Source: Eledone cirrhosa
Taxonomy: Eukaryota
Assembly (NCBI GenBank): GCA_964016885.1
Contig: OZ024754.1
Location: forward strand, 44,764,001 to 44,828,000
Direction: 5' to 3'
DNA length: 64,000 nucleotides
The notes beneath the pieces are model-generated. The model made no database searches and was not told the DNA's origin. It was given only the letters and a program-made list of their open reading frames with translations. The stretch's first letter is position 1. Every line of letters begins with the position of its first letter. This document shows, one piece after another, positions 1 to 13,540 of the stretch. The position numbers and the translations under genes were made by a program.

Positions 1-150
1 ACACACTCAGATTAACAAAAACCTGCATGAAGAGAAACTAAACCAGGCAACATATCAACATTTAAAACGAAATCACGTAAAATGCTTTCTATTTATTTAT
101 CCACAATATTTATTATCAAAATATTTAATTGAAATTTTCGACCTAAAAAC

Positions 151-365
151 GGGCGGTGGATTGGCAGTATCGGTAGAGGGTCGGACGCCATGCTTTGCAG
201 CATAGAGTTACGACCCTTTATGATCTGAGTTCAAATCCCGCCGAGGTTAACTTTGCCTTTCATCCTTACAGGGTCAATAAAATAAAGTACCAGTCACGCA
301 CTGGGGTCGATTTAATCGACTTTCCCCTCCCCACAAAATTGCTGGCCTTGTGCCTATAAAGAAAA
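151..365 (+). mobile_element. tRNA-derived SINE (family A), near full length
   Basis: A-box-like TGGCAGTATCGG, B-box GAGTTCAAATCC, body AACTTTGCCTTTCATCC..GGGTC(G/A)ATAAAATAAAGTACCAG, tail GCTGGCCTTGTGCC; more than 10 similar copies in the window. Confidence 0.9.
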
Positions 366-519
366 AGAGATTTTCAACCTAAATATATATTAAAAGGCAA
401 ATAATTGTTTGTTTTTAGCGTAATCTGTATTTGATTAATTACATTTGTTAATTAGTGTTTATTTCTGTTGTTGGTAAGCCTTAAGTTTAAGTTCTTTATC
501 TTTACCTTTAATAACCTTC

Positions 520-550
<31 letters not shown>

Positions 551-824
551 ACTGGGACGTTAAAGTCAAAGATCACCCTATTGTTATCCAAGATATTATT
601 AGACGACGGCTTATTGCCCGAAGCACCAATATTCACATTTCTCCATAACATAGTAACTTATCTGTTAAGAACTTTACTAACTCAAAGACTTTTGTCTACA
701 TATTCTCCATCATCCACAGTGGTCACAGTTTTCCTCGAACGGGTTCTTATTCACAACATATTTATGTATTTATGTATGTTTTTAAAAAAAAATGTGTAAA
801 TTTTTATTATTATATCCGAGTGTA

Positions 825-1016
825 GGGCAGTGCATTGGCAGTATCGGTAGAGCGTCGGACACCATGCTTTGCAGCATAGAGTTACGGCCCTTTACGGTCT
901 GAGTTCAAATCCCGCCGAGGTTAACTTTGCCTTTCATCCATACAGGGTCGATAAAATAAAGTACCAGTAATACACTGATATAATTGCTGGCCTTGTGCCA
1001 AAAGTAGAAACAATTA
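825..1016 (+). mobile_element. SINE family A
   Basis: Same head, body and tail as 151-365, with an internal deletion in the 3' part. Confidence 0.9.
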
Positions 1017-1175
1017 TTATTTAATTGGAGTGTGTGTTTGTGGGGAGGGCTTCAGAAAACGAATAATTTACGATAGTTTTGAAGGCTTCGTTCAAAAGAC
1101 ATGTTAAAAATCATAGAAAAACACATATTTCACCTTCAAAATTTTAACCAATCCTATCAACTAACTACCTTTAAT

Positions 1176-1846
1176 ATCATCATCATCATCATCATCGTTT
1201 AACGTCCATCTTCCACACTTGCATGGGTTTGGACGGGAATTTTCCCACTTGAGGCAAGATTGGTTGTCTTGCTCGTATAGGACTGTCTGGCGGGTTTTCT
1301 ACGGCTGGATGCCCTTCCCAACGCCAACCACATTTACAGTGTGAACTGGGAGGTTTTTACCGTGTTACCTACATGGCCACATTACAGCGTGGACTGTGTG
1401 TCTTTTTTTGTCGTGACACCTACATGACCTCATTTATTCCGGACTGGATGTTGTGGTACCAACATAACTTTACATTGAAAGGGGTGGTGTGGATGAGGTG
1501 GGGGTGGTGGAACGGGGGGGGGGGTATTTTTGTTAGAGGTGCCTACTGACTGTAGGTTTCGCTTTGTACTTAGGCAAGGCGGGTCTTCCATATTACTGTG
1601 TAGCGCCAAAGATCTCGGTCCAGTGACATTGTCTTGGAGAGGTGTAAGTGTGTGAGGTCGGAATTTATCAAGTCGTCCCAGGTTTTTCTGGGTCTGCCTA
1701 CTCCGTGGCTACCGTCTATTTTGATCGCCCTGCACTTTTTTATACAGCTGTCGTCTTTCATGCGCATCACGTGACCATACCAACATAGTCTTCTCTCGAG
1801 TAAACAACATCTGATCCCTCTTATTTCTAATTTCTCCCTTAGTTCA
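1176..1846 (-). mobile_element. RTE-clade LINE 3' fragment with 3' UTR and (GAT)n tail
   Basis: 1570-1846 encodes RRLCWYGHVMRM..GRPRKTW..DRDLWR, a typical RTE ORF C-terminus; ends in a (GAT)n tail at 1176-1197. Confidence 0.85.
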
Positions 1847-1936
1847 TTTATATATATATATATATATGTGTAAATGAAGTAATTCCATCGGAAAAGTCCA
1901 GGAAAAAAGAGTGCTCTATGTAGGTAACAGAGCTTA

Positions 1937-2117
1937 ATAGTTATGTAATAAACAACATAAGACAATTATTCCATTTACCAGTGGTTTCTTAAAAGCAAAA
2001 GATTTTGCTTTCAATCCTCAGAATGAAATTCTGAAAGGATTGAAAGCAAAATCTTTTGCTTTTAAGAAACCACTGGTAAATGGAATAATTGCCTTATGTT
2101 GTTTATTACATAACTAT
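1937..2117. repeat. 82-bp-arm fold-back palindrome containing the 3' half of a hammerhead-like motif
   Basis: Arms 1937-2018 and 2036-2117 with 1 mismatch; inner CAGAAT-GAA-ATTCTG hairpin; GAAA-GCAAAA-TC-TTTTGC-TT follows at 2042-2061. Confidence 0.85.
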
Positions 2118-2164
2118 ATATATATATATATTTACTATTACACTCGTCTCTGAAATGGCTGTAA

Positions 2165-2264
2165 TAATTATTTCTACTTTTTGGCACAAGGCCACCAATT
2201 ATCCCAGTGTATTACTGGTACTTTATTTTATCGACCCTGTAAGGATGAAAGGCAAAGTTAACCT
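2165..2264 (-). mobile_element. SINE family A, 3' half
   Basis: Reverse complement of the family body and tail. Confidence 0.85.
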
Positions 2265-2749
2265 TTTAATTAATTAATGAAGAATTTTTAAAGCATTTGC
2301 TAAAATTATTAATAATACCATTAAGATTGCATTTGTAATATAATTTAACAAAAGTTTCTTATATAAAATTATAGAATGTTTTAATAAAAATAGGAACCGT
2401 TTAAAATGGATGGTTTTGGAGGCAGTTTGGAGCATATATTTGTGTATAACAAAGATATGAATGAAATGTTTTTCAAGACATTTAGGCTTTAGGAAGGTCC
2501 AAGGCTGGAGCCCACTTATATTATAACCCACATGTTTCATGGCTATATCTCTATCTTCTACCTGTGATATGTTCTCTTACAAGATAGCACTGCCAAGAAA
2601 AAAAGCATCACTAAGGATTTTCTAAACATATTTTAAAATCTGTGGCTCACCTAAAACTAATGATCCAATGGTTGTATCAACAAACATCACTTGAACTGCT
2701 AGAAATAGTAAAAAAACAAAGGACCTCAAATCCCTGCTGACTGTCTAAA

Positions 2750-2971
2750 CCCGTTAGCATTTAAATTGGTCATATCGAGCCAGAATTCTCTCACCCCTTT
2801 CTGTTCAAACCAGCCATAACCGGCCGCTCATACTGACGTTGTGGTATTGTTTTCAAAATAAATAATATCATCATCAAAATCTCGTAGATTCGATATTACT
2901 ACTTAATGTGAGATAAAGCCTTTATTGTGAAAATACAATAGAAAATATAGAGTAATGGAAATGCCAAAGGG
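2750..2971. mobile_element. piggyBac-like MITE (TTAA-flanked)
   Basis: TAAA-CCCGTTAGCATT ... AATGCCAAAGGG-TTAA; interior matches 3658-3866 and, inverted, 38799-39011. Confidence 0.75.
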
Positions 2972-3271
2972 TTAAAGAAAATAAGACACATCGGATAAAC
3001 AATATGATGCGGGTGGAAGGAAAGGAACTGAAATTGATATTCAGGATTGGAATGACTAAACATAGAACTGCAAATGATGTGTGTGATGGTCTAAAGACTA
3101 ACTTGATTGACTCAGACATGGATGATATATGTGATGGTCTAAAGACTAACTTGATCAACTGTCATATGTGATGGTCTAAATAAACAATAGCAGCAGCAAC
3201 AACAACAACATACGTGTATATCAAGGTATTTAATTTTACTCATATATAATCTGTATTATTACCTTAAGTGA

Positions 3272-3985
3272 AGACAATGGCTTAGTGTGTCAGACTTACG
3301 ATTATAATATTGTGGGTTCAATTCCTGGACCAGATGGCAAGTTGTATTCTTGAGCAAGACACTTCATTTCACATTGTTTCAGTCTACTCAGCTGAAAATG
3401 TCTACCAGCAGTAGCTGTGGGTTAACCTTGTAATAGACTGGTGTCTTGTTCTGGGTTGAGTTTTGTACTCTCAGTCACATAGCTCCATTGAAACCAATAT
3501 AAGCAGTCTGGTGAGACACTGAGCTCGGGACAGACTTAAAAGTCTGTGATAGACTGGCATCTTGTCTTGGGCAAGTCTTATACTTTCAGTTGCTTGACTC
3601 CAAAGAACCAAGGATAAACACTTGCCTGATGAACTTCCTAACTTGGGACAGACTTAACCCTTTAGCATTTAAACCAGCTGTACCCTGGCCAGAATTCCCT
3701 CACCTCTTTCTGTTCAAACTGGCTGTAACTGGTTGCTCATACTGATGTTAAGGTATTGTTCTCAAAATAAGTAATATTAAAATCTCATAGATTCCATATT
3801 ATGTGAGATAAAGCCTTTACCATGAAAATACAATTGTAAATAAAGAGTAATGTGAATGTTAAAGAGTTAAACCTGTGACAGATGTCTTGTCCAACATGGG
3901 GTCGTGTACTCTCAGTCACTTAAATCCAATATAATAGGAATAAGCACTGGCCTGATGAGCCCTTGGGCTTGGAACAGTCTTTAAC
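3272..3985 (+). mobile_element. CORE-type tRNA-derived SINE with triplicated 3' part, interrupted by a MITE
   Basis: TGGCTTAGTG / GGTTCAATTCC boxes, CORE-like TTGAGCAAGACACTT; 3' segment recurs at about 3430, 3545 and 3872. Confidence 0.65.
3658..3866. mobile_element. piggyBac-like MITE
   Basis: TTAA(3654-3657)-CCCTTTAGCATT ... AATGTTAAAGAG-TTAA(3867-3870). Confidence 0.8.
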
Positions 3986-4674
3986 TTTTTTTTATATTCT
4001 CTAAAAATAATTTTGATGTGTTTTCCTTCTGGTTATTCATTAAATTCAGAAGTTATGGGTCGACACAAAAAATTCTATCTTGCCATCTGACTAAAAAGAT
4101 CTGGAGACTCTGGATGTTAAAGGCCTCCAAAGTCTTAACATAGACTTCCTGGTAGATGTGGAATTTAGTTTGGAAGCTGAGATGGTTGTTTCTAAAGACT
4201 CTCTTTTCTAAACCTTCCAGATGATGCAGATATTTCTATGAGGCAGGTTTGAATTTCCTCAACTAGTGAAGTATTGCTAGAAATATCTAGATATCTATCT
4301 GGATTGGAGGGCAGTGTGCCAAAATGGTTTTCTCTTTGCTTTTGTATGAAGTGTAATGTTGGTTGGTAACAAGACATGAGCATTAAATGTGGGGGATATT
4401 TGTTGTCATGGAAAGGAAGGAAAGGTTTAGCTGGCTCTGTTGGATATGTGGAGGATGGAAGGAAAGGATGTTCTGTTGGATGTGTAATGTCAAGGTGAAG
4501 AATGTAAACACTTTGGAGATTTGTTTGGACATCATAGGACAGTGTGGGAGAGAGAGAGAGAGAGAAACAAATAAAGGGCTACTGTTCCTAGAAAAACAAT
4601 CCAACTATAAAGACAGTTATAGAATATTCTTCATTTCTTGGAATTACCGAAATATTTAGCCAGTAGTTATTAGC

Positions 4675-4830
4675 AGAAGGATGGTCAATAGCAACATCAT
4701 TATAAGAGTGGACAAAGTGCCTTGCAGTGTTTGTTCTGATGCTTTAAGTTCTGTGTTTAAATCCCATCAAAGTGAACTTTGCCATTCAATCTTCCGGAGT
4801 CAATAAAAAATGTCGATTTAATCAACTATA
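4675..4830 (+). mobile_element. Degenerate SINE family A relative
   Basis: GTTTAAATCCC..AACTTTGCCATTCAATCTTCCGGAGTCAATAAA. Confidence 0.55.
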
Positions 4831-5087
4831 AATCAAAAGCTGGAGTCCCTAAGGCAGTCCAATATTGTCTTCAGCTTGTATAAGTATGTATGTATATGTA
4901 TGTGTGTATATATGTGTGTATATATATATGTGTATGTGTGTGTATGTATATGTGTGTGTGTGTATGTATTATGTATGGTGTGTATATATATATATATATA
5001 ACCGGCTACTTTACAGAAGACGACCATCTTTTAAACATATTCCCTGCTATTATGAATATACACAGATACACACATGTATATGTATAC

Positions 5088-5118
<31 letters not shown>

Positions 5119-5304
5119 TATATATAAATATAATATATATACATAAATAAATATATATATATATATATATATATAAATATTTATTAAAATTTGCTCTACG
5201 GTTCTTATATATTTGATATATATTTTCCTTATCGAGCCCTCTTTGGATTTTAGTCTTCAATTTTATTATTATTACTATATATATAAATATATACACATAT
5301 ACAT

Positions 5305-5359
<55 letters not shown>

Positions 5360-5676
5360 GCATATATACATATATGTATATGTGTGTGTGAGAGAAGGAG
5401 AGGGTGACAGTGTGTGAAAGAGAATGAGAGGGAGACAATGTGTGTGTATGTATGTGTGATTATGAATGTGATGCCAGTGTATATGTCATTTTCCTGCTGT
5501 ACCTTACTGTATGTATATCCAAGGTTAGCTTCGTTAGCCTCGTTAGCTTCATTAGCAAACAATATCAAGTGGAACTTCAGTAATGTTCTCTTGTAAATCC
5601 ATCTGATAAATACCTTTGTTGTCCCAGAGCTTCTTCGAGTTATGGAATGGTAATTATCTTTAACTTCTGTACACTG

Positions 5677-5845
5677 CCGGACACCATGCTTCGCAGCATA
5701 CGGCCGTCAATGTTCTGAGTTCTGAGGTGGGCTTTGCTTTTCATCCTGATGGGGGTCGATAAAATAAAGTACCAGTGACACGCTGGGGTCAATTTAATTG
5801 ACTTTCCAAAATTGCTGGCCTTGTGCTTAAATCAGAAAACATTAT
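5677..5845 (+). mobile_element. SINE family A, 5' truncated
   Basis: Body and tail motifs present. Confidence 0.8.
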
Positions 5846-6171
5846 ATTAGAGAAAGGGGGGGGGGGAGAAAGGATGTTGTGGTGGTGGGGGTATGACAGG
5901 TGTGATGGTGTTGAAATGGTGATGTGGAGGGGGTGGGGAGGACGAGTGAGAAAGGATGTCAGTGGGGGTATGATAGGTATGATGGAGTGGTTGGGATTGA
6001 TAGAGTGGTGGTGGGAGTGTATAGTGATGGTGACAGTAGTTTTTAATGAGCAAAGGAGGAGATGTGGTGTCAGGTCATATTTTTATATAGTTAGACATTT
6101 CTTCTCCGGTACCACAAGTCTGTAATCCTCACAGTCTTTTATCATCTCTATAGTGATATTCAGCTTCTTAA

Positions 6172-6572
6172 GGCTCTACCTGGAATAACTCTCTCATCTC
6201 CGAGCTATGCACTTTATCGAGTAATGTTACTCCAAAGACCCTTCGGAGGAACTCATTTCAGCCGCTTGTATTGACGAGTCACTCCAGGTAGAGCCGCTAC
6301 TTCTCTGGATTGAGAGATCACAGCTCTGATACTATGGACATGTGGTTAGAATGTCTCAGGAAAGAATCACTGGAGAGTCACTCCAGGTAGAGCCGCTACT
6401 TCTCTGGATTGAGACATCACAGCTCTGATACTATGGACATGTGGTTAGAATGTCTCAGGAAAGAATCACTGGACAGATTTTATGGGCGAAACCGACTGGT
6501 AGGAGCCCCAGGGGTAGACTCCGAGTAAGATTGTTGGATAACATCCATGAACTTAGCTGGTTTTGCTTGGAG
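6172..6572 (+). mobile_element. RTE LINE fragment with 5' inversion and 99-bp internal duplication
   Basis: 6172-6272 (-) encodes an IQAAEM..LRRVFGVTLLDKVHSSEMRE-like peptide; 6276-6572 (+) encodes ESLQVEPLLLWIERSQL*YYGHVVRM..PRGR; 6276-6374 is repeated at 6375-6473. Confidence 0.8.
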
Positions 6573-7150
6573 AGAAGTGTCAGATTGGTTGAAACATTCA
6601 TAAGTTGACCAAGATACTCTCTTGGAATGACCAAATAAGGTTTATTTTTCAACATAGTCTCTGGAAAGAAACAATGCAGTTGTTAATAATAAGAGTTGAA
6701 ATTACTGCATACAAGATTTCACAACTCTAGCATCACTCCTTCATAGTCAGCTTATGAACTTTTCAGCTGTCCCACATAGTTATAATGTTCATAATTATCT
6801 GAAGACATAGTTTCTTTATAAATATTTTAACTTTATATTTATTTGATAATGCTAAAAATTCAACTAACTTTTTCTCTTTTGCAGCACGGAAAACCAAGAA
6901 AACTTCTGAATGATGTGAAGAAAGAGATCTTATTGGAAAGAGATCTTATTGGAAAGAGATCTTATTGGATATATTTACGTTGGATGATGGAATATCCCAG
7001 TCTTTCAAATGTTTCACTCACACCATCAAAGACTTGCAATTGACTTTGAATGCTGAAAGAACACTTATCATAAAATTGTTAAATTTTGCCAATGTCTGTT
7101 AGATTTGTAGAAACTTCTTCAACTGAGCCAAAATTCTTTTCTGCTTTTGG

Positions 7151-7186
<36 letters not shown>

Positions 7187-7544
7187 ACACCATTTTACAT
7201 CCATTTCCAGTCTAGGTAATGTATCTCAGCTGTACCCAACAGACACACACGGTGAAGGTATTGCTGTGATGAAACAGCCAGCAACATCTGCAGCATCAGC
7301 CACAGCCACCCATGAAACTCCTTTATCAAATGGGATTCATTCTACCTAATTGTCTGAAGGACAGTTGAGTGACTGAGGACAGCAGAGATGTCAATGGTGT
7401 CACAGCAGGGACCATGCCTCCATATTTCAATATCTATGTTGTAAATTGTTTATTGATTAAAGTTCTGTTCAATAATATAGTTGCGATTAAATCTTCTTCT
7501 TCTTGAGATGGTCATGGAGAGGGGGGGGGGGGGGGGGGCAGAGA

Positions 7545-8140
7545 CCTCAAACCCCCCCATCCAACAGGTCCTGTCAGAAGTAACCATCTCCAACAGATCC
7601 AGCAGGATCCCCAAGCATGACCAGCCAAGCTCATCGATGCTATCCAACCATCTTGCTCGGGGGTCTACCCTATGGGTCTCCTGCTGGTTGGTTTTGCCTG
7701 TAAAATCTGTCCAGTGATTCTTTCCTGAGACATTCTAACCACATGTCCTCCATAGTATCAGAGCTGTGATCCCTCAATTTGGAGAAGTAGCGGCTCTTCC
7801 TCGAGTGACTCTCTCATCTCAAAGTTTTGTACTTTATTGATTAACATTACTCCAAAGACCCCTGGAAGAACCCCATTTCAGCCGCTTGTATTCCAGATCA
7901 TCTTCTTTTCGGTCATTACCCAAGATTTATGACCGTAGGTAAGGTTTGGAATGAAAACTGATTTGAAAATAGCAAATTTGGCCTTTACACCTCCCTCCCT
8001 TCTTCTCATGACTGAATGCTGAATGCATTACTGCACCAGCTCCTGCATTACTGCACCAGCTCCTGCATTACTGCACCAGCTCCTGCAATTCTTGCATTTA
8101 ATTCAGCCTCCTGCCTTCCATCACTCGTGAACATAGCCCA
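7545..8140 (-). mobile_element. RTE LINE fragment, same family as 6172-6572
   Basis: Colinear reverse-complement match; 20-bp unit TGCATTACTGCACCAGCTCC x3 at 8024-8083. Confidence 0.8.
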
Positions 8141-9471
8141 CAGAACATCTCTACCTCCGAGATCAACTTTGTCTTTCATCCTTTTAGATTGACAAAAAAG
8201 TACCAGTCTAATACTGGGGGTTGATTCCTCCTCTATATCTCTTTTGTCACTTCCTCTCGCTCTCACTCTCTCTATCCTTCTCTGGAAGAAATCTGCTGTA
8301 TTCAGAGCTGGAGAGGGGGAGATGGGCTCTGGCAGGTATGAAATAAGGTCCTAGAAACACTATGTCACTACGGTGCTCCTCCGACTCTGTCAAGAGTTAC
8401 AGGACCATCCATCCATCCATCCATACACATATATATATATATACATACATACATACATACATATATACATATATACATATACACATACATACATATATAT
8501 ATACATATATACATACATACATATATACATATATACATATACACATACATACATATATATATACATATATACATACACACATACACACACACACACATTC
8601 ATACATACATACCTATACATATATATACATACATACATATATGGTGGCTGCCAACTCGTTTTCGAGTACGGCGACTACTTTATATCCATGTAGGAGAACC
8701 CCTACCGATGAGCTGAACGAGTGTGACTTTTTAGTCCAGCCAGCGACTTGAAAACTCTGGTACAAACACTACACTTGTGACAATTATTGACACATAGTGC
8801 TGGGCCCATGGTACCATGTGACGACAAGTGCAGAGAGATCTCCAGATATAAAGCAATGCCTGTGCCGTGAAGCTTTTATAGTGAGCAAAGGCACTGCACA
8901 AAGCCAGTCCCACTCTCTTAACCAAGATGATATTTACCAAAAAGAAGAACAAGTCAACATCATTGGATACCATCAGGGTTGCAGGTATATATACATATAT
9001 ACATACATACATGTATACATATATACATGCATACATATATACATATATACATACATACATATATATATATAGTAGTAGTTGTGGTGGTAGTAATAGTACT
9101 AGTGGTGGTGATAGTTGTGGTTGTAATACTAGTGGTGGTAGTTGTTGTAATAGTAGTGGTAATAGTTGTGGTTGTCGTAGTAGTAGTAGCAGTAGTAGTA
9201 GTAGAGTAGTAGCAGTAGCAGCAATAGCAGTAGTAGTAGCAGTAGTAGTAGCAGTAGTAGTGTTAGCAGTAGTAGTAGCAGCAGTAGTAGCAGTAGTAGT
9301 AGTGTTAGCAGTAGTAGTAGCAGCAGTAGTAGCAGTAGTAGTAGTGTTAGCGAGTCATAAAGCTGACATTTTGGACAGTTCAAAGAAGTGATTTGGTTTG
9401 TAAACTGTTTTAAGGAAGAGAATAACATTATTGGTGGACAGCTGAGAGTTGGTCTCACATTGGTGTTACAC

Positions 9472-11343
9472 TGGACATACACATATATATATATAGTGGA
9501 CATACATATATATATATATAGTGGACATACACATATATATATATAGTGGACATACACATATATATAGTGGACATACACATATATATATATAGTGGACATA
9601 CACACATATATATATATATAGTGGACATACACATATATATATATAGTGGACATACACATATATATATATATAGTGGACATACACACATATATATATATAT
9701 AGTGGACATACACATATATATATATAGTGGACATACACATATATATAGTGGACATACACATATATATATATAGTGGACATACACATATATATATATATAG
9801 TGGACATACATATATATATATATAGTGGACATACACATATATATAGTGGACATACACATATATATAGTGGACATACACATATATATATATAGTGGACATA
9901 CACATATATATATATATATAGTGGACATACACATATATATATATAGTGGACATACACATATATATATATAGTGGACATATATATATATATAGTGTATATA
10001 CACATATATATATATAGTGGACATACACATATATATATATATAGTGGACATACACATATATATATATAGTGGACATACACACATATATATATAGTGGACA
10101 TACACATATATATATATAGTGGACATACACATATATATATATAGTGGACATACACATATATATAGTGGACATACACATATATATATATATAGTGGACATA
10201 CATATATATATATATAGTGGACATACACATATATATAGTGGACATACACATATATATAGTGGACATACACATATATATAGTGGACATACATATATATATA
10301 TATAGTGGACATACACATATATATATATATAGTGGACATACACATATATATATATATAGTGGACATACACATATATATATATAGTGGACATACACATATA
10401 TATATATAGTGGACATATATATATATATAGTGGACATACACATATATATATATATAGTGGACATACACATATATATATATAGTGGACATACACATATATA
10501 TATATAGTGGACATACACATATATATAGTGGACATACACATATATATATATAGTGGACATACACATATATATATATAGTGGACATACACATATATATATA
10601 TAGTGGACATATATATATATAGTGGACATACACATATATATATATATATAGTGGACATACACATATATATATATAGTGGACATACACATATATATATATA
10701 GTGGACATACACATATATATATATAGTGGACATACACATATATATATATATATAGTGGACATACACACATATATATATATAGTGGACATACACATATATA
10801 TATATAGTGGACATACACATATATATATATATAGTGGACATACACATATATATATATAGTGGACATACACATATATATATATAGTGGACATATATATATA
10901 TAGTGGACATACACATATATATATATAGTGGACATACACATATATATATATATATAGTGGACATACACATATATATATATAGTGGACATACACATATATA
11001 TATATAGTGGACATACACACATATATATATAGTGGACATACACATATATATATATAGTGGACATATATATATATATATAGTGGACATACACATATATATA
11101 TATATATATATAGTGGACATACACATATATATATATAGTGGACATACACATATATATATATATAGTGGACATACATATATATATATATATAGTGGACATA
11201 CACATATATATATATATAGTGGACATACACATATATATATATAGTGGACATACACATATATATATATAGTGGACATACACATATATATAGTGGACATACA
11301 CATATATATATATAGTGGACATACACATATATATAGTGGACAT

Positions 11344-11350
<7 letters not shown>
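9472..11350. repeat. Compound minisatellite GTGGACATACAC(AT)n, unit about 18-30 bp
   Basis: Directly visible tandem array of about 1.9 kb; explains the 650-740 aa ORF calls. Confidence 0.95.
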
Positions 11351-11423
<73 letters not shown>

Positions 11424-11525
11424 CTATATATATATACATATATACATGTGCATATATATATATAATTATATATATATTTACGTATATATATATATATAGA
11501 CGTTAAACGATGATGATGATGATGG

Positions 11526-11599
<74 letters not shown>

Positions 11600-12236
11600 G
11601 TATATATATGTATATATATATATATATATATATACGTATATATATGTATATATATGTATATATATGTATATATATATATACATATATATTCACATATATA
11701 TGTGGATTAGATGTAAATAAGTTTACTGTTGCTTTAGGCCGGAGCGGGGTTGTATGGCGGAACAATTATCTGGTGTGTATGCTGGTGGTGGTGATGGTGG
11801 TGATGGTGGTGGTGGTGGTTGTGGTAGTTGTGGTGGTGCTGGTGGTGGTGGTGATTGTGGTAGTTGTGGAGATGGTGAAGGTGGTGGTGGTAGTTGTGGT
11901 AGTGGCGGTGGTGGTAGTAGTAGTAGCAGTGGTGGTTTTGGTGTTGATGGTGTTGGTAGTTGTAGTATTGGCAGTGGTAGTGGTGTTGGTAGTTGTGGTA
12001 ATGGCAGTGGTAGTGGTGTTGGTAGTTGTGGTAATGGCAGTGGTAGTGGTGTTGGTAGTTGTGGTAATGGCAGTGGTGGTGGTGCTGGCAATACTTTTCG
12101 GGAGTTGTTTCGGCGTGTTTCAGTATTTTGTAGACATTTAAAGACAGTATTTAAAGACAATTACCAACATATGTGTTTTACAATCTGCTTCCTATAGATG
12201 TTGTTGCTTATTTCGTCCCTTGACCGCATTCACACG

Positions 12237-12585
12237 TCTTGAGCGAAGTATATTTGTGAGTTGTTAAGACATCGTTCTCCCAACATCTTGAGCGAAATAC
12301 ACTTGTGAATTAACATCGTTCTCCCAACACCTTGAGCGAAATATATTTGTGAATTAAGACATCGTTCTATCAACATCTTGAGCGAAATATATTTGTGAGT
12401 TGTTAAGACATCGTTCTACCAAAATCTTGAGCGAAATATATTTGTGAGTTAACACATCGTTCTACCAACATCTTGAGCGAAGTATATTTGTGAATTAAGA
12501 CATCGTTCTCCCAACATCCTGAGCGAAATATATTTGTGAGTTAACACATAGTTATACCAAAATCTTGAGCGAAGTCTTGAACGAA
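12237..12585. repeat. Minisatellite, unit about 46 bp, 7+ copies
   Basis: TCTTGAGCGAAATATATTTGTGA..ACATCGTTCT(C/A)CCAACA repeated. Confidence 0.9.
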
Positions 12586-12691
12586 ATATTTCCAGACCTG
12601 CCAACATCTAAAAACTTAAACCGAGATTATCATGAAAAAAAGTTCCCCAAAACGGGGAGAAATGAGACAAAATGGTGAGATTTTACATAAT

Positions 12692-12811
12692 TGTTTCTAC
12701 TTTAGGCACAAGGCCAGCAATTACCCAGTGTATTACTGGTACTTTATTTTATCGACCCCGTAAGGATGAAAGGCAAAGTCAACCTCGGCGGGATTTGAAC
12801 TCAAATCGTAA
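12692..12811 (-). mobile_element. 5'-truncated SINE family A with 14-bp target-site duplication
   Basis: AGATTTTACATAAT at 12678-12691 and 12812-12825. Confidence 0.9.
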
Positions 12812-12905
12812 AGATTTTACATAATGAAAGTTATACCAATTTTCACAAGTCTCACCCACATCCTGGTTCATGAAATTCAAAATTTATGTAACCTCTAAAT
12901 TTAAG

Positions 12906-13262
12906 AATTGTATATGATGTCATACACACTCCTATAATGGTATATGATGTCATACACACCCCTATAGTGGTATATGATGTCATACACACCCCTATAATGG
13001 TATATGATGTCATACACACCCCTATAATTGTATATGATGTCATACACACCCCTATAATGGTATATGATGTCATACACACTCCTATAATGGTATACACACC
13101 CCTATAATGGTATATGATGTCATACACACCCCTATAATGGTATATGATGTCATACACACCCCTATAATTGTATATGATGTCATACACACCCCTATAATGG
13201 TATATGATGTCATACACACCCCTATAATGGTATATGATGTCATACACACCCCTATAATCATA
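12906..13262. repeat. 30-bp minisatellite, about 12 copies
   Basis: TGGTATATGATGTCATACACACCCCTATAA tandem. Confidence 0.95.
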
Positions 13263-13489
13263 TACACTATATTGGTACAAATAATAGAATTTTAAAAATA
13301 ATTCACTAATGGGTGTTTCAAGTCCCTGAAAAAAGAATTGGTACAAGGTTTGTAATAGTAGTAATAGTAGTGGTGGTAGTAGTAGTAATAGTAGGGGTGG
13401 TAGTAATAGTAATGGTGGTAGTAGTAGTACTAGTAGTGGTGGTAGTAGTAGTAATAGTAGTGGTGGTGGTAGTAGTAGTGATAGTAGGG

Positions 13490-13540
<51 letters not shown>

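Noticed and set aside
151-250. tRNA gene
   Set aside because: A and B boxes are present but the spacer is expanded, there is no cloverleaf, and it continues into a multicopy SINE body
3945-3985. CTGATGA-GCCC-TT-GGGC as a hammerhead
   Set aside because: No GAAA after the hairpin; it is part of the SINE 3' tail, with variants at about 3510 and 3627
9129-11683. 650-740 aa ORFs and the many YI/HT/CV-rich ORFs across the window
   Set aside because: Translations of (TA)n, (CA)n and minisatellites that lack stop codons by composition
12237-13262. CRISPR-like appearance of the 46-bp and 30-bp arrays
   Set aside because: Head-to-tail repeats without unique spacers, no cas genes, eukaryotic context
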